From: Moniliella sp. 'wahieum'
Lineage: Eukaryota
Assembly (NCBI GenBank): GCA_003971905.1
Contig: RSEE01000008.1
Location: 124,001-188,000, forward strand
Direction: 5' to 3'
DNA length: 64,000 nucleotides
Shown here: positions 30,457 to 42,311 of the stretch, piece by piece
Position numbering within the stretch: position 1 is the first letter of the stretch
Layout of the letters: every line of letters starts with the position of its first letter
Notes under the pieces: generated by a model
Databases searched by the model: none
What the model was told of the DNA's origin: nothing
Seen by the model: the letters and a program-made list of their open reading frames with translations, nothing else
Program-made: the position numbers and the translations under genes

Positions 30457-31377
30457 TTCTTTATTTCTCCGCTTCGCTGGTCGAAACGACAAAAACCATC
30501 TTTCGCCTGCATGATTCATACATTTACATTTCCTCCTTCAAGCTTCACTTCAAGCTTCATCGATCATCCCGCTTCAAGCTTCAAGCTTCAAGCTTCATCG
30601 ATTTCATCCCGCTTCAAGCTTCAAGCTTCAAGCTTCATTGAAGGACTTCATCATCGACATCCTTCTCTCCCTTGCCACTTTTTCACATTTCACGCCCTCC
30701 ATTCTAAGATCTAACAAAAAGGTACCACCTCTTTGGTTTGTTGTGTTTTTCTCCCTCGTCCCACGTGCGGCGTTACTTCTACTCAATTGGTTTCCCTTAG
30801 TACACCCAGACCACATGTAGCTGGTAGTCCGCGTGCACGTGTTTTGTTCGGCTGACTCTCTCGCCCACTCGATCCCCGCGTCGGTTGTCTTCCTCGGCGG
30901 ACAGAGGTGGGCGTTGGACAGAGTGAAGGGTTGGGTCTTAGGCCTTAGGACAGGAACCAAACCGGACCCACTGAAACCAGAAGGGGAAGGCAGCGAAACA
31001 GAAGTGGGAAAAGTCAGAAGGGAGGCGGTGTGGGATTCGCACAGTGGCGCACTCTGAAACCCTATCGGGCGAGTGCGCGCCGCATGGCAGCGCCACCTGC
31101 TCCACATGGCCAGCTGGGCCGGGGCGATGGTGCCGATGGGTGATGGCGTGCACCTCGTGGATGACTCGGTGGCCCTTCGTTCATTGTTGCGGCCGGCCGA
31201 GCGCCCAAGGCAGCGGGGCAGCCAGTGGGAATGGGGCAGGGCTACTGGCAGGGCACTTGCTCGATGCCGGCTTTTCTGTGCAGAAGGCACAGGCACGCGT
31301 CCGACGCCAGCCACTGCTTTTATATAGATCGCACCGTCGCCTGTTTCGCGCTGCCCGTCTTGTTCGCCCTTGCCCCC

Positions 31378-32929
31378 ATGCGGACGTCGACGCCCCTCAG
31401 CCTCTTCGGCGCCGTCGCCGCCGCCGCCGCGCCGCGCCGCGCTCGCCGCCCCCTCCGCACACCTCTTCCAGCCCCGCCTGCCGCTCGACCAGGTGCCCGA
31501 CGCGGTCGCGTCGTGCAACATCAACCCTTCACTTCTGGCTACCCCAACGCCAGCAACTTCAACAACCTCACCAACCGCTTTGCCCTCAATTCCGGATACA
31601 ACGCCACTGCTCATGTCGCCGCCCTGCCCCAAACGGAGGAGGATGTGAGCACGCTGCTCCAATGCGTCGCCACCCACAACATCCCCTTCGCAGTGCTTGC
31701 AGGCGGGCACAAGGACGACCCTCCCTCGGCCGCCGCCCCACCGGGCCTGGTCATCAACCTGCAAAACTTTACCCAGCTCAGCTACCAACCTAGTGACACC
31801 ACCCTCACCCTTGGCCCCGGCCTACGCTGGGCCCAGGTGTATGACTATCTGCAGCAAGCTACCAACGGCACCCGCGCTGTCGTCGGGGGCCGCGCGTCCA
31901 TGTGGGCGTCGCTGGCTGCCTTCTCATGGGTTGCGACAGCTGGCTCACCAGTGCTCACGGGTTCGGCACACAAAACATAGTGTCCCTCAGGGTCGTCTTG
32001 GCTAACGGAACTGCCGTCACCGCTTCTGCCACCCAGCATCCCGACCTCTTCAACGCTCTCCGTGGCTCGGCCGGCCAGCTCGGTGTCGTGACCTCCTTCA
32101 CCACCCTCACTCATCCCGTTTCCTCCACCCAGTTCAGTGGCACATACGCCTACGCACCCAATGCCACGGCAGCGATTGCGGCCGCAGGGCAGGCTGCCTT
32201 CGCTGCCGATCCCACGGGGCAAAGTAACTTTATTGTTACGTTCTTTGCTCAGGGCACCAGCGTACAACAGTGGTTTAATGGCACCGCTAGCGAAGCACAG
32301 GCAGCCAAAGTGTTTGATGCCTTCAATGCCATCCCGCACACCACCACCCTCGTCCCACCCCCGGGCGAGATGACATATGACCAGGTCAACCGACAAGACG
32401 ACCCTCTGTTTGGTCCCGGTGGCGGTCGGGGCATGATGACCACCATTTCGATCAACTCGCTCAACGCTACCTTTTTTGAGAAGGTCCAGACTCGCCTTAA
32501 CGAGTTTGGTGCCAACTACACCACACTGACCGGGACCAACATTCACATTGAGCCCTTGAAAGCCAGTGCGTTTGCTGCCCCGCCTGTGCCAGGGGCTGTC
32601 TGGCCGCCTGACGAGGGCGTGATGGCCGCTGTATTGGGCATCTCCACCTCCTGGTCCACCAAGGACCAAGACAATGATGGCGCTACTGCGCTGGCACGGT
32701 TGCGCCAACTGTTGGCTGCCGATGCGGCGGACTTGGGCTTGGTCACCCAGCCCAACGGATCCCCATTGGCGTACTTCAACAACTATGCTCAGTATGGCGA
32801 TGTGAGCAACCAGATGATCTTTGGTCCGCAACTCTCGTCCCTTGAAGCCGCCAAGAAGCACTACGACCCCACCTGCTCTTCTACCAGGCCCCAACGCTGG
32901 GGAAGCACTGCTACGGCAGCGCAAACTAG
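31378..32929 (+). CDS. Secreted FAD-linked oxidase, berberine bridge enzyme/VAO family
   Basis: Signal-peptide-like N-terminus, PQTEEDVSTLLQ...IPFAVLAGGH (flavinylation His), LVINL, LGPGLRWAQVY, HPDLFNALRGSAGQLGVVTSFT, YFNNYA, L..AKKHYDP. TATATA at about 31320. Frameshifts make the stop approximate. Confidence 0.88.
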
Positions 32930-35745
32930 ACTGACCAAAGCGGAGACCTATGATGGGCTGATGACTAATGATTCTTCTCATCAACTTAAAGTATGTTCTC
33001 GCCAAGGCCTTGGCGAGTGAGAGAAGCATTGCATATACCATTCTCGTGCAAGTTACTATCAAAGTTCGATAGCAATTGTCTGCCCATTGCGCACACATGC
33101 TCAGCTAGTAGGGCCCCGCTTGAGCTACAACACCATTATCTTATAACACACTTCTTCTACGCCGCGAGAACTACCAAAAGGTTTTACCGGAAACCAGAGG
33201 CATGCTGCTAGTGACCGTGGATAGGACACAACGTATTTGCGTTCGGGCTGCTGAGGCTCAACGCTCAGCGAGCGCTCTGTGGTGAGGCACCCTAGTGATC
33301 AAGCGCCTTGACCATAGGCTGGAAAAGCCTCCACTACAGTACAGAACATCAGTAGTGAGAATATTGAGATCGAATTGAGATACCCATGAGGAAACGTGGT
33401 CTGCCTGTTATGTAGGAAACTTGGTCTATCTGTTATGTGACGATGGTGCCATCGCGCAGGCGGTCGTGGAGATCCCGGTAACCGTCGGTATACGCCAGCC
33501 AATGGCATGCCACTGCCATCATACTTAGACGGACATCAAAGTCCATCGTGGGCCAGCTTGACGGAGGGAAAAGAGAATATAGGGCAAAATAGGAACACCT
33601 CTCCAGCGGAGTTCCGAAGCCTGATCGAATCACAGGCACTGTACCTTTTTTCGTCCTCTTGCGCAATAGGTCTTCCATGAGTACATCAGTCTTGTAGTGT
33701 GTTCGATCCCTTGTAACATATATATGTAAGCGCAGTGGAGGCCAAAGGTGCCCTATGTCATGCACACGATAGCTTTTGTCGCGTCTTCGCTACGCGTCAT
33801 GCACCCGGGGGAGGAGAGCGAGCGCTTGATGGAGCGAGAGTTACACTTGAAGGGATCAGATCTCAGATCTCATATTCCACATGCCTCATGTATCCTAGCG
33901 GGGACAACGATTATCGATTATGGTCCGTGCGCCCAGGGGGGGTACTATGTACGAAAAAGGGGCACATTTTTTTCCTATAACCTTTTACACACACAAAGGT
34001 TCAATTTGATGCCCTTTGCGCTCCCCCTAACGTCTAACCCGCTCCACAAACTGACTCTAGCGTTTTGTATACCCCAATGCATCTCTATCGACTACCTCTC
34101 AGATCTCGTTAACGTTTAACGTTTAACGTTTAACGTTTGTAACGTGTATACCAATGTAGGCGTTTAAGGCACCGGCGAGACCAAGAAGAGGCCGTGCGCA
34201 AGTTCCGGTGGGCCAGGAAAACGAGGAGCTCACCGATGGCCATCACAGGGAGACGATTGATCGATGATCGAAATGATTCTTTGTTCGTACCTGCTTCTCC
34301 CCGCAACTCCGCGAGTGCCTAATGTATGTGTGGGGTACGAACAAGTGTGTACACCTCAGCGCTATTAGAAGAGTCCAAATGCGCTGTATGGCCGAGATAG
34401 TCTTCCTTTTGCGTGATGACACTGCGAGGACGTAGAAGTAGAGCAACTTTTTGGGCCTCAAAACCCCGGCGGCCCACCGGCATCGAGTGAACGTATGAGG
34501 CACGTTCGGAGGCACGTACGCAGGCACGTACGGGCAGGCACAAGAGTGTCTCTAGGTTATTGCCTACTTCAAGCCTTCAAGCTTCAAGCTTCAACCTAAC
34601 GCCACAACAGGTGATGCCAATGAAAGGTGATGCATGATGTTCGATGAGGCCGAGGAGACATGATGATATGCGTATGATGTGCACGTGCTCACATGCTGAG
34701 CGCTGGCGGAGCCCGCGGGGGCTGAGCACAACGCCAAGACCAGCAAGGACCCTCAGAAGGTAGCCTAGCCCCTAGCCCTACGTGCCAGCCACACCTTTCT
34801 GCCATTTTTTTCCGGTCCGCCAGTCACGTCGATCATTGATCCTCCCGATGTTCGAACGAACCACGCGCGAGCGAACAGCAATAATCGATTAATGACGAAA
34901 ATGACGCGTGACGCGTGACGGGGCAAGACGTGATGATGAGCAAGTCGTAGGATCTCAGGCTTCTCGCACTTCAGATGAAGCTTCAGAGCTTCAGAGCTTC
35001 AGCCTCAGCGCTCAGACTGTGAGCACTCAGCCTGTCGTGATGTTGTCGTTTGCTGGAAGAATCAACTGGATTTCCCAGCAGAGGTAAGAAAAGCAGGGGC
35101 TTTCCGTCACGCGCGTCACGCGTCACATGTCACACGCAATGGCGTCAGTTGATTGAAGCCCTGGAAAGCGCCAAGCAAGGCTAATCCGAATGGACCTGCT
35201 ACGGTGTATACGTACCCAGTCCAGAGGCTGAGGCACGCAGGCGGGCGACTGAGGCCTCGGACTGCGAGGCACGAGCAGGCTCCCCACGGAAACAAGGCAA
35301 TATTGACCCGACTAGGGCCACAGCGCCCCACCGGCCTGGCACGCCCGAGCCAAAAAGCCTGCCCAAGCGCAGCATCACGGCTACTACATGCTGTGGTACC
35401 CACGCGGGGTCCAACAGGGCCCACCCAACGCCTGGCGCCGCACCCCTCGCGTGTTCTCCGCGCTCCCATGGCTGCAGGGGCCAAGGTGTGCGGAGTCCCG
35501 TCAACGCGTCACCGCACAGGAGCCTCTTGAAGCTTGACGGGCGGGGGGCGAGTAGAAGACGTGCGCACGGTACCTGTGGGATTTCGTTAATCAACACTAG
35601 TCACTAGTCACTCCACACTGACTTTGGCAGTATAATCAGAAGGGATGTGTGGTATATATATGGGCCATCTCCAACTTGCTACCCCTTTACCCACCACCCC
35701 TCACCCCCACACCCCACTGCCCTACCCCTTCCGCACTCCCCCAAC

Positions 35746-36542
35746 ATGCGCTTTGCCTTCCCTCTTTGCCCTTGTTGGCGCGTTCTTCTCTCTGCCCGTC
35801 ATGGCCATGCCCGCCATGGCGCCGCGGGCAAACCAGATCGAGATCGGGTACAAATTTGGTCCCCCTTCCCCTTGAGCTGCGCACTTTTACGGGCACTCAT
35901 GTGCGCAACTACTACTCCCGTAACGCCTCCACTGATCCCGACGCGCGGGACTCGGCTGGACGGCGTATCCTCGACATTTTCCCTGTACGTATACGTGGTC
36001 TCCTTGACGTATCCGTGACGGCTCTTTTCTCCTGGGAAGAGTATTGTTCGCTGACCTTCTGTCTCGCAACCGCGACGCAGGACGGACACAACTCGTCCGC
36101 AGAATACTTTTACTTCATTTCAATTGGTTCTCAGTACAAGGACACTTCGACCAGAGGTGTCCAATATGATTCTGAAGGACAATTTGGGGCCTACTCCAGT
36201 CGGCTTCGAACCCGACGTACGGCATTGGCGCCCGAATGTTGGCAACGGCAACTCCTACGGCCATTTTGCTGCGATCCCCCTGTCGTACGATGATGATGAG
36301 TCGCAGAACCAGCAGCTGTTCAGCGTCGAATTACAACGAGTCAACTATGATAACGGCACGTCAGCCTTTTCCAATGGTCTTTTACCTTTGTAGGCGACCA
36401 AGACAAGACCGGTGGTTACGCCGTGACATTGGCCGACAATGATCACCAAACGGTTCAATGGAACACGCAAGCCCAATCGCCTGGTGGTCATTCCCTTGGG
36501 TTCCCTTGGGATTCTGCTGAACCTGTCCCTGATGGCATTTGA
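35746..36542 (+). CDS. Secreted protein of unknown family, paralogue 1 (apparent frameshifts: pseudogene or assembly error)
   Basis: MRFAFPL..LVGAFFSLPVMAMP signal peptide, same GTACG...GCAG intron as paralogue 2 (about 35985-36080), TATATATA at about 35653. Several indels relative to 41509-42311. Confidence 0.75.
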
Positions 36543-37379
36543 TGATTCACCATCAACACACCGCAATCTGTTTCGTCTCCCTCTCGGGACCCAATTTGTG
36601 CGGAGCGCCATCAATGGCAAGCACACGTTCTGAGCGATCTGATCTATACATTTTTTTTCTGTTTCTTCCTCTCGTTTTTTCCGCCTGTTTTGCAAAACAC
36701 GTAGTAATACGGTGTCATCCATGTCATCAATGTTCAGCGTTCACGTGCGATGCCCCGCATGTTGCCTCTGACGAATGCTTGTGCTCACCCCTCGCAATGC
36801 GAGGGGCACTGAGATGAATGAACGGACGTTGCGTCCTTTTGTGGTAAGGGTTACAGGACTGGTGTGTTCGATTATGTTCTCAACCGTAGATGTGATTCAT
36901 TTCCCGCGGGCAGGCGTTTATCTTGTGTAGTAGTGCATTTGTTATGAGATTGAAACGTGACGCGAAATGGCTGAATCGTTTCGCTTTCAACGCGCCCCGG
37001 TAGCATGACCATCAGCATCCACCCGTGCTTATAAAAAAACGGAAAAAGATCATTGCACTGGTCAAACCCCGTCAAACGACGCCACCTTGATTCATTCGAT
37101 CCAGGGCCGGTTACCGGTGGCATTGGTATGGACGAGAGTTCGTGTGCATTCATCGATCATCAGAGGCAACACCTAGGAACGAAAAGGCGTTCAAAAGGGG
37201 GGGAAGGGAACACAAGAAACAAATGTGGATACGAAAGAAAACGATACAAAGAGAGAAACAGAATAATATGAACGCGTTGCCGTGCTCTCAACGAGTACAT
37301 TTTTTCGCTGGTGAGGTTTCAGCAAAGGGGGGCAAAACAGACCGAGAGTGCTGATGGGTTGATGCGAGGTCAGCGCTTG

Positions 37380-37830
37380 GAACCAACAGGAGTGGATAAA
37401 GCAATGTCCAAAAGTGAACCCGAGAGGCTAAACTGAGGGTTGGAGGATTCAGTGTCCGTTATGATCGTTCAAAGTTAACTCCACATACGCCGAAGTCTTT
37501 TCCTAATTGTTTCTCATCACCTTCACAAGCCATGGAGGAATGGTCCCAGGCTGAAGTGCCCTTGTCATCGTTCAGTCTGGTCAAACACGATCCTCCGGAA
37601 CAATCGTTGGTTATGTGATCCATTATCGTACGGCATGAAAAGCGCAGCAAAAGTGGGTGTTGCGTTGCCACCACCGCCAACGTTAGGTGCTATGTTTCAC
37701 GAATCAGAGTACCTTCTTTCGATTCTAGGATTTTCTCTGGGAAGAAATGCTTTCATGGCTGTCATGTCCACACAAGTGAGCACGGCATAGCCGGGGTAAA
37801 CGTTTAAACTGGCGTCATAATGTTGAGGCA
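37380..37830 (-). pseudogene. Decayed inverted paralogue of the secreted protein family
   Basis: Minus-strand fragments APNVGGGGNATPTFAALFMPYDNGSHNQRLF and RLNDDKGTSAWDHSSMACEGDEKQ align by eye to APNVGNGNSYGHFAAIPLSYDDDESQNQQLF and RFNFDNGTSVWSRWSLGFVGDKDK. Confidence 0.75.
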
Positions 37831-37874
37831 GGCTCTCAGACATCGGTCATGCCCCGCACCCCCGTTACACCACA

Positions 37875-39050
37875 GAGGAAGTGCTATCGGATGATATTCT
37901 TAGTGCCTTCGCAGCCTCCGCTTACTTCTGGTGGAGGGCAGTGCTAGGATTCCCTGCACGGCCCTCAGTGGATCGATGACGCTCGTTTAGAGCGGTCGAA
38001 AGAGTTGTGCTCGCAGGCCGTGCACGCCCTGTGCTCGCACCATCTCCCTTTTCTCTCTCTCCCGCCTCCTTCCCTTCAATTCAGATGTTGCTTGAAGACT
38101 TGTGGCTCACCACCTTGCCTTCACGTTGTCTGAAGGCTGCTTTGCAGCTGATCCATAGGATCGCGAGTGCTCCCAAGTCGCACTCTAGCAGTTTGTCTGC
38201 TTCGCTCCGTCAACATCTATGCCACAGTGCGATGGGGCTTAGATAGGAGGTGGTTACCAAAAGGGGCCAACCAACAGTCAGCATCCTCGATCGGTGGGGA
38301 TCCCTTCCATTCTCGTCCCTTCTGCCTTTCTTGTCCAACTCCTGACCGTTTCCAGCCAATTGATTGACCAATACAGGCAACCTCTCGTCTCCACTTAGCT
38401 GCCTCATCATAATCCAACCTCGTCGTCCAGCTTTCCATCCGCCCAGTCGCGCGAGCCTTCCTTCTGCGCGTCGATTCCCTGACCCACAACATGTCGCATG
38501 GGTTCCTTCACAGCCACGTCGACAGCAGCCCCTACCCAGCCTCAGCCCTGGCAGCGTTTGCCCTCCACTGCACCTACCCGTCCCTAAGCTCGGGAGGCTT
38601 CATACACGTTACCACCCCCACCAGCCGGTGCATACGCAGCCTTGCCACGCGTGCGGCAGCCTCGGCTTCACGCCCAGAGGCTTTTCCTGTGGGCTAATAG
38701 GATCCACCAAATACCCAAACCCGAAACTACCGTGAGTCGTCCTTCACCTAAGGGATTGTACCCCACCAACCTGGGTGAGCCCCCTGGCAGGACCCCCTTG
38801 TGACAGGGTCGTCGTAATTCACGCTTAGTACATGGATCGAGCCCACCACTTCTGGTCCACCGATCATCTTTGCTCAATCCTCTCCCTTGTTCCACCGATT
38901 CCCTTTGTCCCTCCCACTTCTTGTCCCCCCTTGTCCCGCCCCCCCCTTCAATTGCTCTCCACATCCCTCCTTGCTCCAGCGCTCCCTATTGTGCCATGGT
39001 TACTCTTTGCACCACCGCACCCCTTTTAAGGTATGGGACGGACGCGTCGA
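37875..39050. repeat. Dispersed ~1.2 kb non-coding repeat family (other copies about 49582-50645, partial 43240-43720, short matches near 45320 and 58806)
   Basis: Shared blocks such as gaggaagtgcta, ccattctcgtccctt...actcctgac.gtt, and gtgagt...cctaagggattgtacccc...gagcc.cctggc.gg. Possibly LTR- or non-autonomous TE-derived. Confidence 0.7.
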
Positions 39051-39189
39051 CGTTCTGATGCACCCTCCGATATAGAAATAAAATAGAGATTTTCTTTCTT
39101 TCCCCCCTCCTGTCACGCGTCACGGGCGAAGACGGGTGAGGAAAAGATCGGAATTGGAGGTCCCTAATCTATCTACTCTTTTGAATTCA

Positions 39190-40185
39190 TCATTGACAGA
39201 GCTTAAGGCTGGGACAGGGGGAACGCTACGTCTAAACCGAACCGTTCATCTTGCGGGGGTTACTTGGAAGCGCCACTAAGGTCAAGGAACCAGGGGGATC
39301 GCCAGGATATCAGGACCCTCCGGCTCTCGCCATCCGGTCCCGTACCCTAGGAAGCGCGTGTGGACACGGAGGAACGTGGTTGACATCCGAGCGAGGAACC
39401 ATTTCCACTGAGACTTAGTCATAGCTAATCGAAAATGCTGGTAACAAGGTTCCGGATAGATATGTGAGGACTACGTACAAAATTCAAGGTGGGCAAGGCT
39501 GTGCAAGATTGTGCGCAAGAAATTTCGATTAGCCATGCTAGCCAATTCCTTCCAATGCGCAAACAACTTGCCCGCCGTCGTGGTGCCGTAGTATCCTCGC
39601 GTCGGCAAAACCAGGGGGGAAAACGTTTTGAGTGCGTCCCTGGTACTTGGCGTTCTTGTCGCATTCTGCTTGTTCAAGCAGCCGAAGCAGTTCCTTCTCC
39701 CGGCGTTCCAAAGGCGACGCAGTGCTCTCATGCACCACCCGCCGGTACGCGCTCTGCGCCTCCTGCGATCCCGTGTCGCGCAGCGTGTGGTCTACTTCCA
39801 TTCCGGTTCCTCCCAGTGCTCCGGGCCCCATCACGCGGTAATCGGTGCGCTGTGCCTTCCGTCCGCGCCTCGTCCCATCCTCTTCCTCCACCATAGGTTC
39901 GTTGTGGACGCGGGTGTCGGGATGGAGCGTAGGAGCTGGAGACTCCTTTTATAAAAGAGTAGTAAGTCTCAGGGAAATGGTCCTCGTCGGATGTCAACCA
40001 CGTTCATCCGTGTCCACACGCCTTCCTGGGTACGGGACCGGATGGCGAGAGCCGGAGGGTCCTGATATCCTGGCAATCCCCCTGGTTCCTTAATCTTGGT
40101 AGCGCTTCCAAGTAACCCCCTCAAGATGAACGGTTAGGTTTAGACGTAGTGTTCCCCCTGTCCCAGCCTTAAGCTCTGTCAATGA
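39190..40185. repeat. Inverted repeat with ~230-bp arms (39190-39419 and 39961-40185) around a ~540-bp spacer; third arm copy at about 53470-53700
   Basis: tcattgacagagcttaaggctgggacagggggaac...gagacttagt is reverse-complemented as agtaagtctc...gttccccctgtcccagccttaagctctgtcaatga with scattered mismatches. Confidence 0.92.
39471..39945 (-). pseudogene. Fragment of non-LTR retrotransposon restriction-like endonuclease (RLE) domain, CRE/Cnl1-like
   Basis: EPMVEEEDG...QRTDYRV...MEVDHT...AECDKNAKY...F.PLVL.TRGYYG...HWKE: the RTD / E-x-D / K-x-x-KY / F-x-P-L-V pattern of RLE domains. Nearly identical to 53070-53468. Confidence 0.72.
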
Positions 40186-41508
40186 AATGGACGTGATCTA
40201 GGGATTGGGGCGTTTTTTCTTGACATCAGCTGTAGTTTCTGACAAATCATGCCACCTGGCACGTTCCAGTCCAGTCCAGTCCACCCGCCGCTGCACATGG
40301 GTGAAAATTCCGCCCAAGGCGTAGTGGTGAATACCATTCCGCTCTGCAGCGTGGAACGATGGACCGGTAGCTACGGTGGCGACCAAGCACCAAGCACCTA
40401 AGGTGGCGATTGGGGGAACGGTGGCTACGAAGGTGGCGGTGGGGGGAACGGTGGCTACGGTGGCGAAGGCGGACCGGTGGCTAAGGTGGCGACGGTGCAC
40501 CAAGCACCAAGCTGGGGCGCAGCCCCAGCTGACCGGGCCGTAGGCCCGGTGGTCTTCTAGTATTTAATAATGACGAAAATGACGCGTGATGCGTGCTGGG
40601 CAAGACGTGACGCGGGATGATGCATCGATGATGTCGATGAGCAAAAGTCGTAGGATCTCAGGCTTCTCACACTTCAGATGAAGCTTCAGAGCTTCAGAGA
40701 GCTTCAGCCTTCAGCCTCAGCGCGCTCAGTGGCTCAGCTGAGCCTCAGCGCTCAGCCTGTCGTGCTGTTGTCGTTTGCTGGAGGAATCAACTGGATTTCC
40801 CAGGAGGTACGAAAAGAAGGGGGCATTCCGTCACGCGTCACATGCAATGGCGTCAGTTGATTGAAGCCCTGGTAAGCGCCAAGGAAGGCAAATGAGTGTT
40901 AAAGCTTAAGGAGATCCCAATGGACCTACTACGGTGTATACGTACCCAGTCCAGAGGTTGAGGCGCGCAGGCGGGCTACTGAGTACAGACCGGACTGAGT
41001 ACTGACCGGCCGTACTGACCTCGGACGGAGAGGCGCGAGCAGGATCCCACACGGAAACAAGGCAATATTGACCCGACTGGAACCACAGCGCCCCACCGGC
41101 CTACACACCCGAGCCATTAAAAAACCTGCCGAAGCGCAGCGCCACGGCTACTACATGCTGGGTACCCACGCGGGGTCCAACAGGGCCCACCCAGCGGCTG
41201 GCGCCGCACCACTCCACTGTTCTCCGCGCTCCCATGGCTGCAGGGGCCAAGGTGTGCCGAGTCCCGTCAACGCGTCACCGCACCAGGAGCATCTTGCCGG
41301 GCGGGGGGCGAGTAGAAGACGTGTGCACGGTCCCTGCGGGATTTCATTAATCACTAGTCACTAGCTAGTCACTCCACACTGACTTTTGCAGTATATTAAG
41401 GGGCATGTGGTGGTATATATTAGGCCGTCTCCAACTTCATATCCCTTCACCCTCCACCCCTCAACCCCACACCGTCGCTGCCACTATCCCTTGCACACTC
41501 CTATCAGC

Positions 41509-42311
41509 ATGCGTTTTGCCTTCCCTCTTGCTGCCCTCGTTGGCGCATTTTTTTCTCTGCCCGTCATGGCCATGCCCTCCCTGGCGCCGCGGGCAAACCA
41601 GATCGAGATTGGGTACAAACTTGGTCCCCTTCCCCTTGAGCTGCGCACTTTTACGGGCTCTCACGTGCACAACTACTACTCTCGCAACACATCCACTGAT
41701 CCCGACGCGCGGGACTCGGCTGGACGGCGTATCCTCGACGTTTTCCCTGTACGTATATACGTGTTCTCCTTGACATATGCGTGACGGCTCTTTTCTCCTG
41801 GGAAGAGTATTGTTCGCTGACCTTCTGTCTCGCAACCGCGACGCAGGACGGACACAACTCGTCCGCAGAATACTTTTACTTCATTTCAATTGGTTCTCAG
41901 TACAAGGACACTTCGACCAGAGGTGTCCAATATGATTCTCAAGGACAATTTTGGGGCCTACTTCAGTCGGCTTCGAACCCGACGTACGGCATTGGCGCGC
42001 CAAATGTTGGCAACGGCAACTCCTACGGCCATTTTGCTGCTATTCCCCTGTCGTACGATGACGATGAGTCGCAAAACCAGCAGCTGTTCAGCGTCGAATT
42101 AGGCAGATTCAACTTTGATAACGGCACGTCAGTATGGAGCCGATGGTCCCTTGGCTTTGTAGGCGACAAAGACAAGAACGATGGTTACGCCGTGACTTTG
42201 GCCGACAATGATCACCAAACGGTTCAATGGAACACGCAAGCCCAATCGCCTGGTGGTCATTCCCTTGGGTTCCCTTGGGAGTCTGCTGTTCCCGTCCCTG
42301 CTGGCATTTGA
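41509..42311 (+). CDS. Intact 234-aa secreted, cysteine-free protein of unknown family (candidate effector), paralogue 2
   Basis: Exon 1 41509-41748 (80 codons), phase-0 intron 41749-41846 (GTACGT...GCTGAC...GCAG), exon 2 41847-42311. Signal peptide MRFAFPLAALVGAFFSLPVMA, N-glycosylation sequons NTS/NSS/NGT, TATA-like motif at about 41414. Confidence 0.85.

Larger units (their letters stand above)
34890..39050. repeat. Segmental duplication, copy 1 (direct repeat of about 40568-50645)
   Basis: Collinear matches: taatgacgaaaatgacgcgtga (34890/40568), secreted gene, 36990-37870 vs 44332-45194, gaggaagtgctatcggatga (37875/49582), ttttaagg...gacgcgtcgacg (39024-39052/50618-50645). Confidence 0.9.
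39168..40560 (+). mobile_element. Non-autonomous Helitron-like element with captured sequence
   Basis: 5' A|TCTATCTAC at 39167/39168. 3' end has two GC-rich hairpins (40510-40530, 40532-40550), then CTAG (40557-40560)|T. AT target, no TSD, subterminal ggtggctacggtggcga tandem repeats at 40365-40500. No Rep/helicase ORF seen. Confidence 0.7.

Noticed and set aside
33200..34550. Short ORFs left of the duplication
   Set aside because: No recognisable motifs or consistent frame. Probably decayed sequence, so no call can be supported.
39190..39419. Inverted arms as Penelope-like pseudo-LTRs with a hammerhead ribozyme
   Set aside because: No CTGANGA...GAAA core found by eye, and the enclosed ORF is RLE-like rather than GIY-YIG. 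A covariance-model search would be needed to revisit this.
40365..40500. Short repeats with variable spacers resembling a CRISPR array
   Set aside because: Eukaryotic context, irregular degenerate units, no unique constant-length spacers and no cas genes. They are better explained as TE subterminal repeats.
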